Assembly: GCA_025594325.1 (NCBI GenBank)
Contig: JANHCV010000014.1
Coordinates: 124,001 to 188,000 of the forward strand
Length of the DNA stretch: 64,000 nt
Source: Blastocladiella emersonii ATCC 22665
Taxonomy: Eukaryota; Fungi; Blastocladiomycota
Reading direction: 5' to 3'
The notes beneath the pieces are model-generated. The model saw only the letters and a list, made by a program, of their open reading frames with translations. It did no database searches and had not been told where the DNA came from. This document shows, one piece after another, positions 1 through 10,638 of the stretch (within the stretch, counting starts at the first letter, position 1; every line of letters begins with the position of its first letter). Position numbers and translations under genes: made by a program.

Positions 1-1064
1 ACGTTGTCCCGACCGACAAGGAATTATCTTGCTTGACCTGTCAAGGGCTCTCGGCACTCCGAATCGCGGTATACGCGGCTCGCCAAGGCAACATCGACCT
101 TTTCACCAGATTTGTGGCCCTCATTTCCTCCCATGCACCAGATCTCATCACGATGAAGGCTCGCAGCTTCTTTTGGTGGTTCCTCTCCCGTGAGATACAA
201 GAGTTTGTGCACGAACTAGACTTGGAGAGACCCGAACTGTGGGACATGACGTTCATCTCGTTCGCTAACCATTTGTTCACTGTTGCCGTCGCCAAGTGGA
301 ACCTCGAGTTGATTCGCTACATCCGCGATTCTCTGCTTGGTGTCGATCCGCAGTCGCTCGCCCACGCCTTTGGACCAAATTACTTGGCATCGCTGGCGCT
401 GAGTCGCATTCCGTGCAACGAGGGTGTGTCCGCGGCCGAACTGTTACTGACGCTTGACTATCTTATCGATTCGCTCAAGCGGGGTCCGCTGACCACTCCG
501 CTGGGCAAGCACTTCGCGGCGCTGCTGAGCGCCTTTGAGACCCCGGAGCTGCTCTTCCACGCCGCTCGCCGCCTTCCTGAACGCATTTCACAAGACCTCA
601 CCGACGACGATCGTGCACAATCGACAAGTTTATCGCCGTGGACGATTTGGACGCGCTGGTCAATTTTCAGCTCTCAACAACCTTGCGTGGGGGTACATTC
701 TGCTTATGGGCTTCAGCCAGGATGGGGGCACTGGAACGGGAGCGCTCTCGACCTACGTTGCGAACTGCCTTGGCATCGATCTCGCATGCGCGTTCTTGCA
801 AGGTGAGTAAGCTTGGCCTATCGATTACTGACGCTGCTCACCATTCTCACTACATTCGCTCCGCTTGCGTTCTGGGCGTTGGTCCCTGATGGCGCGCTTG
901 ATGGCGTCAAGGACGCGTCCTGGATTGCGGCTATGCTTGCCAAGCACCAGCGCGAGTCGCCAGAGGTGACGGCTCTTGCTATTGAAAAGGAGCTCCGCCG
1001 CGTCGAGCCGCTGGCGACCAAGTCGCCCGAGTTCCTTGCCGTGGCCAAGGGCGGGTCTCAGTAA
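1..1064 (+). pseudogene. 3' part of a family-1 (F-box-like, C-terminal W.L.P.GALDG motif) gene, frameshifted; 5' end lies outside the window
   Basis: Protein-like text switches frame near 615 and 665 (...DLTDDDR / TIDKFIAVDDLDALVNF / SALNNLAWGYILLMG...). There is a GTGAGT donor at 803 with no clear acceptor. The last segment FWALVPDGALDGVKDASW matches the C-termini of the genes at 5607 and 8095. Confidence 0.55.
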
Positions 1065-1242
1065 TTTGACGTGCTCGTCTCGCGCATGTCTAGCGGCTTC
1101 TTCCTTGTCGTTTCGTTGTGTGACATATAAATTGTTTGTCTGGATGTCCGTCTGTCTCGCTGCGAAGGTGATATCTCTCAGCCCTCACCCTGGCGCACAT
1201 TCTCAAGCTTGCGTCCCATCAAAATGAACAAGCAAAGAACGT

Positions 1243-2157
1243 CTATGTCATCTTGTGGACCTCGCTGGCCGAGTACCCGAGCTCGCGCAGCATGCCGCGC
1301 AGGGGACCCTGCGTGCCGTATTCGCGGCCGCGGTCACCCGCGATGGTGCGGATCATGCCGTCCGGACCGCACACGGCGACGAGCCCGCGGCCGGGCGCAG
1401 GCATCGACTCGCGGAGCACGTCGCCCGACAGCTGGCGGCGGCCGGGCACTAGGTACGTGACGCGGAGGCGGTCCGGGTGCGCGGCGGCGAGGGCGTCGAG
1501 GCGGTCGCGGCCGAGCATCGCGTCGTGGTCCGTCGCGAGGTACAGGAGCGAGAACTTTGGCCACGCCTGCGCCGCCGCAGTCGCCGGCGAGGCGGGCGAC
1601 TCGAGCGCGGCCTCGAGGATCTGCAGGAACGGCGTGACGCCAGACCCACCCGCGATCATGCCGAGCGTCGCGGGTTCCGATGAAGCGGCGAAGCCGGCGT
1701 CGGAAGGCGAAGGCAGCACCCAGTCGTGCAGCGGGCCGCACAGCTCAATCTCGTCACCAGGCTGGCGGCGGTGCATCCACTTGGACGTCTCGCCGACCGG
1801 GTACCGCTTCACAAGGACCTGTGCGGTCGCGCTGCCTGCTTCAGAAGCACGGTCGATGCCGACGGGCGTGTAGGAGCGGGCGACAATCAGGTCGGCGTTC
1901 TTGACGTCAAAGTGGAACGGCACGGGGCACGCTGCGACGCGGCGCGCGAGCGACGAGGGCAGGCCGAGGGTGAGCGTGCGCGTGGTGGAGCCCGTTGGGT
2001 CGTTCTTGAGGACGGTGACGGGTCCGTACGCCGTGGGCGACGGATCGGGCCGCCGGTACGGTGCCGAGAGATACCACGCGGCGCCCGTCGCGGTCGCGGC
2101 TGCAGTTGCGGCTGCCCATGGCCGAGCGCGCAGCGTTGCGAGAAGTGATGTATGCAT
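1243..2157 (-). CDS. NADH-cytochrome b5 reductase-like flavoprotein (MCR1/CYC2-like, probable mitochondrial targeting), 304 aa
   Basis: FAD motif RSYTPV, GETSKWMH, NAD(H) motif IAGGSGVTPFLQ and VCGPDGM are present. ATG at 2157 gives an Arg/Ala-rich presequence followed by a hydrophobic stretch. Confidence 0.85.
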   Translation of the reverse strand: MHTSLLATLRARPWAAATAAATATGAAWYLSAPYRRPDPSPTAYGPVTVLKNDPTGSTTRTLTLGLPSSLARRVAACPVPFHFDVKNADLIVARSYTPVGIDRASEAGSATAQVLVKRYPVGETSKWMHRRQPGDEIELCGPLHDWVLPSPSDAGFAASSEPATLGMIAGGSGVTPFLQILEAALESPASPATAAAQAWPKFSLLYLATDHDAMLGRDRLDALAAAHPDRLRVTYLVPGRRQLSGDVLRESMPAPGRGLVAVCGPDGMIRTIAGDRGREYGTQGPLRGMLRELGYSASEVHKMT

Positions 2158-2316
2158 GGCAGTGGTTGTGGTGATACGTGGTGGGGTTGGGGGGATAAGC
2201 GATGGCGGGCGGAGACATCGCGGAGACACTTTTTTTCGCCTTGTTGTGGCGGCGCTCACATGATATCGCGACGCGTCGCTTTTGAACACACACAAGCATT
2301 GTTTACACAGAGAGAT

Positions 2317-5139
2317 CTAGAAGTCGAGCTCGTCGAGCCGCTGCTTGAGGCGGCGGTACACGCGGCTGTAGCTGTTGGACGTGTACATTACCGTCGGCCG
2401 ATCGGCGGCGGGTACGGGGGTGCGCTCGCCTGAGTCGCCCTCGAGCGGCTTGGCCTGAGGCACCAGCTGAATGTCCGGGTCGACGAGCGTCGCCGTGCTC
2501 GGGGTGGGCGAGCTCATGAGCGAGGCCGACGACGAGTCCGCCACGTCAGTCGCACATGATGCGGCAGCAGCGAGCGGGACCAGCCCGAACGGCGTCACCA
2601 CGGAGCGCTGGTCCGCGTCGACGAGCAGCACGGCGTGCGACGGGAACGGCAGCGGCGACGTCGGGTCGGCGCCGTGCGGGTACTCGACGAGCGCGAACAC
2701 GGTCGGCCGCGTCAGGTCGAACCGCGAGACGCTGTGCCGCTTGGCCTGCTCGGCTGGGTCGGCGCAGTCAATGAACGCAGTCGCGTCGGGGCCCACGGCG
2801 AAATCGGTCCGACCCACCGTCTCCTCCTCGTCCATGGCGGCGCGGCGCCGCGTGCGCGCGGGCGGCTCGATGAGCGCGTTCGAGTACAGCTGCGGCAGCA
2901 CCGTCGAGTACATGGACGGCAGGCGGCTGAGCCCGAGCGCGACGAGCAGCACGAACAGGCCCGCCGAGGCGAGCAGCTCCCACACGGCGATGCGCACGAC
3001 GCGCGTCGAATACAGCTGCTGGCCGTCGGGGTCCATCCAGGTCGGGTACGCCGCGCTGCCCTCGGCCGCGAGCCCACCCGAGTTGATGCTGTCGACGCGC
3101 GCCTGGCCCCACCCGGCGCGCGAGTCCGTGGCGTCGTCGCTCGCCAGCAGCTGCGTCAGCGACGCGAGCCCGAGCCACGGGTGCGGCACCTTGGTCGGCG
3201 CGGAATCGTCAGGAGCGTCACCACGACGAGCGGCGGCAGCAGCGGAGGCACGCTGCACGACCTCGGGGTCCATGCACCGCACGTCGAGCGGCCGCTCCTG
3301 CGGCTCGTCCTGGACTGCGACCACGAAATCGCCGGGCCGCGACACGGCCTGGAGCCCGCCGTCATCCTCGCCAAACCGCTTGTCAAAGGCGGGCAGCGGG
3401 TTCACGTACGTGGTCATCCTGGTGCGACATACCTGCGCACCGCTCAGGAACGACACGGGCAGCTCGCGCAGCGCCGCAGGCGTCGCCACGGTGCGGTTCG
3501 TGTACGACGAGGCCGCGCCCGACAGCCAGATGGTGCAGTGGTCGGGCTTGCGTGCGCGAGCCCGCGCCCTGGCTGGCAGGTCGCGCAGCCACCCGAGCGG
3601 ATCGTCGCTCGCGCCCGTGACGACCTTGGCGTCCGTGTCGTTGCGCAGCGTGATGCGCGGCGGCACCGCGTCGTAGTCGAAGAAGAAGGCGCCCGTGCCC
3701 GAGTACGTCTCGTTGCACGCGAACCGGAAGCTCGACACGGCGACGTGTGTCGTGTTGTACACGGGAATCGCAGCGCCGGCATCCGTGCGGTTTTCCCGCG
3801 GGACGGCGGCGCGCGCGAGCAGGTTGGCGTGGTCCGACGCCGTGACGAGCGACGTGAGCTTGTCGGCGGGCGGGTTCTCGGTCATCATGGACCCGAACGT
3901 GAGGAACTCGGTCTCGCCGCGCCTCAGCAGGTCCGAGTCGACGGCGAAGAAGGTGGCGACCGTCGACCCGGTCACGGTGCTGGTCTGGATCTGCGCCGTC
4001 TCGTCGGCGTAGTAGACGCCCACGCGCGTCGACAGCGTCTTGTTCTGCCCGAGCGCGTAGTACCGGTCGGTCGCGACCTCGGTCGTGTTGGGCGTGTTGA
4101 CGTATTTCTCGAGCCACGCGCGCACCTCGTCCGGCGTGAGCCCGCACTGCTGCTCGTACCCGGCGAGCGTCGGGCCGAGGCTGGTGACGCCGACGTGCGA
4201 CGCACGCGACGACAACGTTGCGGCTCCGTTGCCCATGTCGGGTGACTGCTGCTGTCGACTCGACTGGCCCGCGCCGAGACCCATGACGGTCCACAGCCCG
4301 CTCGGTCCAGAGGAAGAGACGGGGCGGACGAGGCCCGACGACTGCGCCGACCGCGTGAGCGGGATCGGCAGCGCGGCCAGCATGAACACGAACCCGTCGG
4401 GCCGCGCCTCGTCAAGCGTGAGCAGGCCAAACGTGACGATGCGCTGCTGGTACCCGAACACGGTGGGCTGGCGCGCGCTCGCGCTCTCCATGAGCACGAC
4501 GCCCGGCGGCGAGTCGGCTGGCGGGTCGTAGGTCAGCGGGGCCGGGTCGACACCGTTGGTGAGCGGCTCGGACCCGTTGGGCGGCGGCGGCGGGGCCACG
4601 TCGCCGCACCGGCCGGGAATACGCGCGGCGGCCACGTCCACGTCCGACAGCGTGCCGAACACGCGGAACCACGCGCCCGTAGAGCTCGGGTACTTGCTGC
4701 GGACAAGCGGGGCGAGCACCTGGTTGACGGCGTGGCGGAAGATGGGGACGCCAAACTCGGCCGAGGGCAGGTACTGGCGGCGCAGCGTGTTGGTCGGGCG
4801 GACCCAGACGACCTCGATCTCGCGCGAGCGCACGTAGGTCGCAAACAGCGTCGACACGGCGAAATCGGTGGCGAGCCCCGACAGCGAGAGCAGGAACAGC
4901 GCGAGCGCGAGCAGGACGCGGCGGCGACGGCCGTGGCGGAGCGCATTGCGTCTCACGAACGCCAGCAGCGACTTGACCGTGTCGATGAGCGAGATGCGGG
5001 TCGCCACCCCGAAGCCTGGGCGCGACGCAAACACGGCAAAGTAGACGAAGCGCGACACGACTGCGACGACGAGCAGTCGCGTGGCCGTCTGCCACAGCGC
5101 AAACTCGGCAACTCCGACGAGGACTTCATTCGCTTCCAT
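2317..5139 (-). CDS. Hypothetical 940 aa membrane protein (N-terminal TM helices, large luminal domain, one C-terminal TM)
   Basis: Uninterrupted ATG ORF with strong GC3 bias. Hydrophobic segments occur near the N-terminus and at WELLASAGLFVLLVALGL. I recognise no family. Confidence 0.7.
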   Translation of the reverse strand: MEANEVLVGVAEFALWQTATRLLVVAVVSRFVYFAVFASRPGFGVATRISLIDTVKSLLAFVRRNALRHGRRRRVLLALALFLLSLSGLATDFAVSTLFATYVRSREIEVVWVRPTNTLRRQYLPSAEFGVPIFRHAVNQVLAPLVRSKYPSSTGAWFRVFGTLSDVDVAAARIPGRCGDVAPPPPPNGSEPLTNGVDPAPLTYDPPADSPPGVVLMESASARQPTVFGYQQRIVTFGLLTLDEARPDGFVFMLAALPIPLTRSAQSSGLVRPVSSSGPSGLWTVMGLGAGQSSRQQQSPDMGNGAATLSSRASHVGVTSLGPTLAGYEQQCGLTPDEVRAWLEKYVNTPNTTEVATDRYYALGQNKTLSTRVGVYYADETAQIQTSTVTGSTVATFFAVDSDLLRRGETEFLTFGSMMTENPPADKLTSLVTASDHANLLARAAVPRENRTDAGAAIPVYNTTHVAVSSFRFACNETYSGTGAFFFDYDAVPPRITLRNDTDAKVVTGASDDPLGWLRDLPARARARARKPDHCTIWLSGAASSYTNRTVATPAALRELPVSFLSGAQVCRTRMTTYVNPLPAFDKRFGEDDGGLQAVSRPGDFVVAVQDEPQERPLDVRCMDPEVVQRASAAAAARRGDAPDDSAPTKVPHPWLGLASLTQLLASDDATDSRAGWGQARVDSINSGGLAAEGSAAYPTWMDPDGQQLYSTRVVRIAVWELLASAGLFVLLVALGLSRLPSMYSTVLPQLYSNALIEPPARTRRRAAMDEEETVGRTDFAVGPDATAFIDCADPAEQAKRHSVSRFDLTRPTVFALVEYPHGADPTSPLPFPSHAVLLVDADQRSVVTPFGLVPLAAAASCATDVADSSSASLMSSPTPSTATLVDPDIQLVPQAKPLEGDSGERTPVPAADRPTVMYTSNSYSRVYRRLKQRLDELDF

Positions 5140-5606
5140 GGCGCTCTTGCTTGACAGGGATCGGGATCAGCGGGCCTTCCGTACACGGCGGCCGCTGCGC
5201 CACTTTGCTGAGAGCTTGATCACATGATCGCGGTGCGATGCCGGAGCGCGACCTTCTCGTTCGCAGCGAGGGCGACTGGTTGGTGGACGTGAGGGCGCAG
5301 CAACCAATGCACAAACGCCTTGTCAGCAGTGCAACGAGGCAGCCGGTCAGGACGACGCTATCGGGCCCTGCGATGGTTCGGCTTGCTGGAAGCATGCGGC
5401 CAAGTTTGACGAGTACAAATGCATGGGATTGACATTTACGCCTGTGTTGGAGCAAGAGTAGGCTGCGAGGACCAAGTCGCGAGCGCGTCGGAAAGCGCGA
5501 GACATCAAGTGATGGCCAAAGCGTGCCGAGCAGCGCGCCACTTAGGCGCGAGCGAACATATCCCTCCTGTCCTCTCCTCCCGACCTCAACCTCACATGCT
5601 AAACTA

Positions 5607-7860
5607 ATGGATCGTCCAGACAACTCGATGCAACGACCTCAAGGCTCAATCTTGCTCCTTCCCCATGAGCTTCTTGCGACCGCGTTGCAGCTCGTGGAAC
5701 CCCGGTCCGCTGTATGCGGGGCTTCTCACGCGCTCGCCAACCTCGCCCGCGATCCTTGTGTCGGAGCGATTTGGATGAGCCGGGTCCTGCGGAACGGCAC
5801 ATCTCCCGTGCTTTGGCAAAGCTATGCGCAACTCGATGTTCTGTACTGCACGGACCTCGGCGCCTACTTTGAGCAGCGCTATATCGCCTCCACCTTGGAA
5901 GACACGACGCAGGCTGTTTGCGCTCCGGCGTTTGACGAGGCGTCCTTTCTTGCGGCTGCCTTTGACTTGATTTCGCGACGGGCTCATCACACTCTTGTCG
6001 CTCATCCTGGCCACGACAGCGACTTTTTTCTCGTGCAACTTTTATCCAGCCGAGCTTTCCGTAAAGATCCCGGTAGTCCCTCCGCATTTACCTGCACACC
6101 TGCCGCGTCCATGCTCCAGCTCCTCGTTCTCGCGTCGCTTCGCGACGAATCCGAAGCTTTGTTCCAGATGCTCGCCTCGGTCTCATCCAACCATCCAAGT
6201 CTGCTTACAACTCGGGTCCAGCCATCGGTATGGGCGTTTTTGACTGCCCAAGCAAAGGACTCGCTATTGATGTTGGATCTCGACGATTTCGACGTAACCG
6301 GTTGGACCCCTGTGGATGCCCTCGGGTATCTCGCCATGTTCCGTTGGGACGCCAACCTAGTCGACTTGTTGCGCCAACCGCCGTTCAACCTTGACACGAC
6401 CAGGCCGGGCAGGGCGTTTAGTAATCGTTGGGTCAGCAACCAACTCTTAACTGGTCTGCGCTCAGCGACCTCGCGCCCAAGCTCGGGTGTAATCAACTTA
6501 CTTGACCTTCACTTTTCACTGAGCTGGTCGGCTGGCTTTACAGATCCCCAAAACCTTGCTTTCGTGCTCCGCCTTGCCGAGTTTCATTCCCCCGAGCCGC
6601 TTGCCCACGTTGTGGTCAATTACTATGACCGCCTGAACCTTGAAGGCCACGACAGCGCAGTGCTCGCTATTGTGCTGGAACGTGTTTCGCATTGGCCTTC
6701 AACGGAGACTGTCGCGACTGCCCTCGTCACCCTCTGGCGCCGCGGGCTAATTAACAAATTTGGGTGGGGGAGAATTCTCGAGATCGACCTCGCCCGATGC
6801 CAGGGTCGCGCTACTGGACTCTTCACGGATTCTATCGTTGCGGAGCTCGGCGATAGTTTCAAGCAAGTGTTGACGAATGGTCCGGCATATTTAACCGTGT
6901 CGTCTACTATTTTGATCCAACCCGCCTAACCGTCATTGATACAATGTAGCATTCCTTGAGGCCTGGAAAGCGACCCGGTCCCATCCCCAATCGCCCCAGC
7001 TTGTTCTTCGCTACGCGCATTCTGTTGCTCGCAACGAGACCGAGATTTTGTCGATCTCGTTCCACTGCGCATGTATGCTTGCAGTCGTCCTCAATAATTC
7101 TGAAGGAGGGCCGGACCCTTTGTCCGTGGCCTCGGCCCTCGTAGGCGCGGACCTGCAAGCGCCCGATCTTATTGACATGTTTCGCGTTGTGAACATGGTC
7201 ATGCGATTTCCCGTGCGCCGAGTCGACGCGCAACAACTGCTCTCACTATCTCCCCTGTTCATCGCAATCTTGCAAAATCCCCACACTTTGCCGCATGCCT
7301 TGGATACCATGGAAATGCTCAAGTCCGCTCACCACGTACTGGACATCATGGTGTCAGCGCAACTTCAGCCGTCCCTCGTCCGGCGCACGATGCAAGTAGA
7401 TGGCGATCTGACGTTGACTTGCGACTGCTGCGACCTCACCGCCCAGCGCGCGTGGTTCAGCTCAATCGAGCACCTGCTCCAGCTTCCTGCTTGCAACCCG
7501 TGGACGCGGCTGCTTCCCTCTCTGTTGGCCTCCGTCCTTGCTCTCTTCCAGGATCCCGACGGTTTGTCCTCGCTCCCCGGCTACGAAACCAACAACCCGT
7601 GCGCGTTCGCAGAGCGGTACCCGTTTCGCCGCCTGCTCACCCTTCTCGTTGCTGCGGACGTTGACGGCTTCCTCTTATACTACGAGGACGATCGTGCTGG
7701 CATCCCGCTTGAACTCTGGCGGCTTATTCCAAATGGCGCACTCGATGCCGCTCGCGATGCGGACTGGATCCGTGAGACTGAAATGGCAGTCGCAGCAAAC
7801 GCGGCCGTCCTCGCCGAGCTGCATCGGTGCGCGCCCGCATTCGCTGCGCAGCGCGACTAG
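5607..7860 (+). CDS. Family-1 F-box-like protein, join(5607..6879,6950..7860), 727 aa, apparently intact
   Basis: N-terminal LLLPHELLATALQLVEPRSAV resembles an F-box. A 70 nt intron (GTCCGG..CTAAC..TGTAG, phase 1) restores the frame and sits at the same position as the intron in the paralog at 8095. Confidence 0.7.
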
Positions 7861-8094
7861 TGCCGGCGAGGACTTGTTTGTGTTCTTGAATTCTTGTTTG
7901 TCTCACGTTGAATATATGCCGCGATTTTGTTGTGAGGCTGATGCCGACCTTCGAGCCGCTGCCGCGACGCGACGCGACGTAGGAGAGGAAATCGGCGCGA
8001 CGCGCCCATCAGGTGATGCTCGCTTGACACGTTGCGGTCGACGTTTTTTCCGCGCGAACGCACCGTCCGCTCTCCCTCGATCCCGCACTCGCTC

Positions 8095-10334
8095 ATGCAA
8101 AACCAATGGATACCCCAAAATGACTTGTCGCAACTGTCCCTAAACGAGCACAAGGCTCCTCCGCGCGAGTCAATCTCGCCGGAGGCTCTCCCACACGAAC
8201 TGTTTGCTGCCGTCCTCCAGCTCGCCGTCCCGCGGCACGTCGTGTGCACGTCCTCGAGCACGCTACGCGATGCCGCTGGCGATCCATGCGCGCTTGCCTC
8301 ATGGATCTGCCGGGTGCTTCGGACTGGGACCCCGCCCGCGCTCGGCCAACTCTACGTGAACAAAGTCGGACCCGCTGCCACCGACCTCGGCGCCTATTTC
8401 GAGCAGCGCGCCATCGCCATCAAATTGGGTCACACGCCGCAGACTGCCAATGGATCCGCTTTTGACGAATCGTCCGTCACTCCTTGAAGCTGCTTTCGAC
8501 CTGGTCGCGCCTCGCGCATACAGATTCTTGGCCATGCACAAGGCCAATGTCAAGTATTTCTCCAGTAAGCTTCCTGACAATTCAATCGCGTTCAGCCTCA
8601 CGCCCATCGCTTCGATGATCCAACTTATGATGTTCGCTACTTCTTGCGACGAACGGAAGGCCCTACTCCAGATGCTGACCCGGGCCGCTGCCAATCGTCC
8701 AACTTTGCTCGCCGGGAAACTCGAGCCGGGTAAATGGGCATGCTTTACTGCCGAATTGGCACGCCTGTTGGAGGTCCCTCCAAGTCAACTCCTCCCGAGC
8801 TTCGACTTGAGTCTCATGGGGATGCTTGGATTCGTCGCCCTGTTCCGCTGGAACGCCGACCTCGTTGATCTATTGCGCCAGCCGCCTTTCTCCCTCGACA
8901 TGTCCTCGATGGATGGCCTTCTCGGTTTGCAGTCGATCAGCAACCGCCTGATTTGCCAGCTTGCTCTCTTCCCCGCTACTTGCCTGTTCTCGAGCATCAT
9001 TCGCCTGCTCGATCGCCATTTTGATCACACTTGGCCTGTCAGTCATCCGACGGCTAGCCACGGCGGCTTTCTGTCCTGTATCGCTGCGTTCCACTCTACC
9101 GAGCCGCTCGTACACGTCTTGAACAAGTATGCCGACCGTTATGGCACCGTAGATGAGGGTCGTGTCCTTTTCGCGGTCGGAAAAAATCGTTACACGTTGG
9201 CCCTCGAACGAAGCTACAGCGACCGCACTCCTTGCAATTGACCGACATGTCAAGTTCGCCACGCCAATGTGGGCAAAGATTCTTGAGATTGACCTCATTA
9301 GCAACCGGGACCACTCTCATGGGATCTTTGTCGACGCAGTAATCGCAAAACTTGGCGAGCAGTTCGAATCCGTGGTACAGATCGGTGCGGAGAGCGTTGT
9401 CACCAACCAGGTGCGCACCCCGCCAAGCGCGACTAATCCGAGCAATCGTGCACGTGTAGCATTGATGCAGACGTGGATTCGGGGCGAGGCCCATCCGCAA
9501 TCGGCCCAGTTTGTCCTGAGCTACCCTCATGGCCGCACGCGCAATGAGCGTGAGTTTGGTAAAGTGACCCACTACTATGGCTGCGCGATTTGGAAGTCAC
9601 TTGCCAGTTCGATCGCCCCTACGCCTAGTCCTGTGGCATCCGTCTTCCTGGGGGTGGACCTCGAAGCGCCCGATCTCATGGACGTGTTCCTCCTTGCCAA
9701 CCGGCTTCTCACTAATCCTGTCGAGGTGGATCAGTTGCTTCCACTCCTCCCTCTCGTCGTGGCGGTCCTCAACCGCCCCGAGTGCTTTGCCTCAGCCGTT
9801 CGCATGATGAGCGCACTCAAGACCGCGGACAAGATTCTCCACGTCATGGTCATGGCGCAGCTCAACCGGACCTCGGGTCGTCGCGCGATCCAGGTGAACG
9901 GAGCCGCCATCACCTGCGACTGCTGCGATCTCGCAACCCAGACTGCGTGGTTCGGTCCGCTCGCCCATTTGGCTTGGCACCCTGCCTGCAAGCCGTGGAC
10001 CAAGTCTCTTCCGTCGCTCTTCGCAACCGTGATTGTCCTCCTCAAACGCCCCAAAGAGTCCATCGCGCTTCCCGGGTGGGAGGTGAACAGTAGCGCGTGC
10101 GCGCTTGCAGTGCGGTCCCCAACGTTCCGCCTGCTCGCGATACTTGTCTACGCCGACCTCGATGGCATCCTTGCTCACTTTGAAGACGATCGCAGCGCGA
10201 TTTCGCTAATGCTCTGGAACCTAATTCCCGGCGGTGCACTGGATGGCGTTCGGGACATCGAGTGGCTTCGCGCGACTGAGCGCGTCGTGGCGGGCAACGA
10301 GCTCCGTCGCTGCACACCCGCGGCTTTCGCGTAG
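8095..10334 (+). pseudogene. Family-1 F-box-like paralog with two frameshifts
   Basis: Collinear with 5607-7860 along its length (TDLGAYFEQR, LFRWNADLVDLLRQPPF, TCDCCDL, LW.LIP.GALD). Lesions are a 4 bp duplication CGTC-CGTC at 8471-8478 and one extra base at GGAAAAAA (about 9179-9186). An in-frame 75 nt intron spans 9385-9459. Confidence 0.75.
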
Positions 10335-10638
10335 CTGTGCCTACGACACTCTACCATACATATAATTCATTGTGTGCAGCTGACGAGGAACGAGAGTGAG
10401 ATCCCGACGCGTCGGCCAGACGCGAGACGCGTCGTGGGACACTCAGTGCGTCACACGGTCCCGCGCACGCGCAAACGGCGTGATCTGAGGCGGCTTTTCG
10501 CTCCGCGCAGTCGACGCTTTCGACGCGCCGCGATCGCACCGCCGTGATCGCGCCGCTCTCCTCCTCTCCCTCTCCCCTCTCCCGTCCCCCGCTGAACGAA
10601 CGGCACTGCACTTGCTGCATCGCCACCCCAACTCCGCC

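Noticed and set aside
6880-6949. Apparent stop and frameshift splitting 5523-6929 from 7048-7860
   Set aside because: Explained by a canonical 70 nt intron conserved in the paralog.
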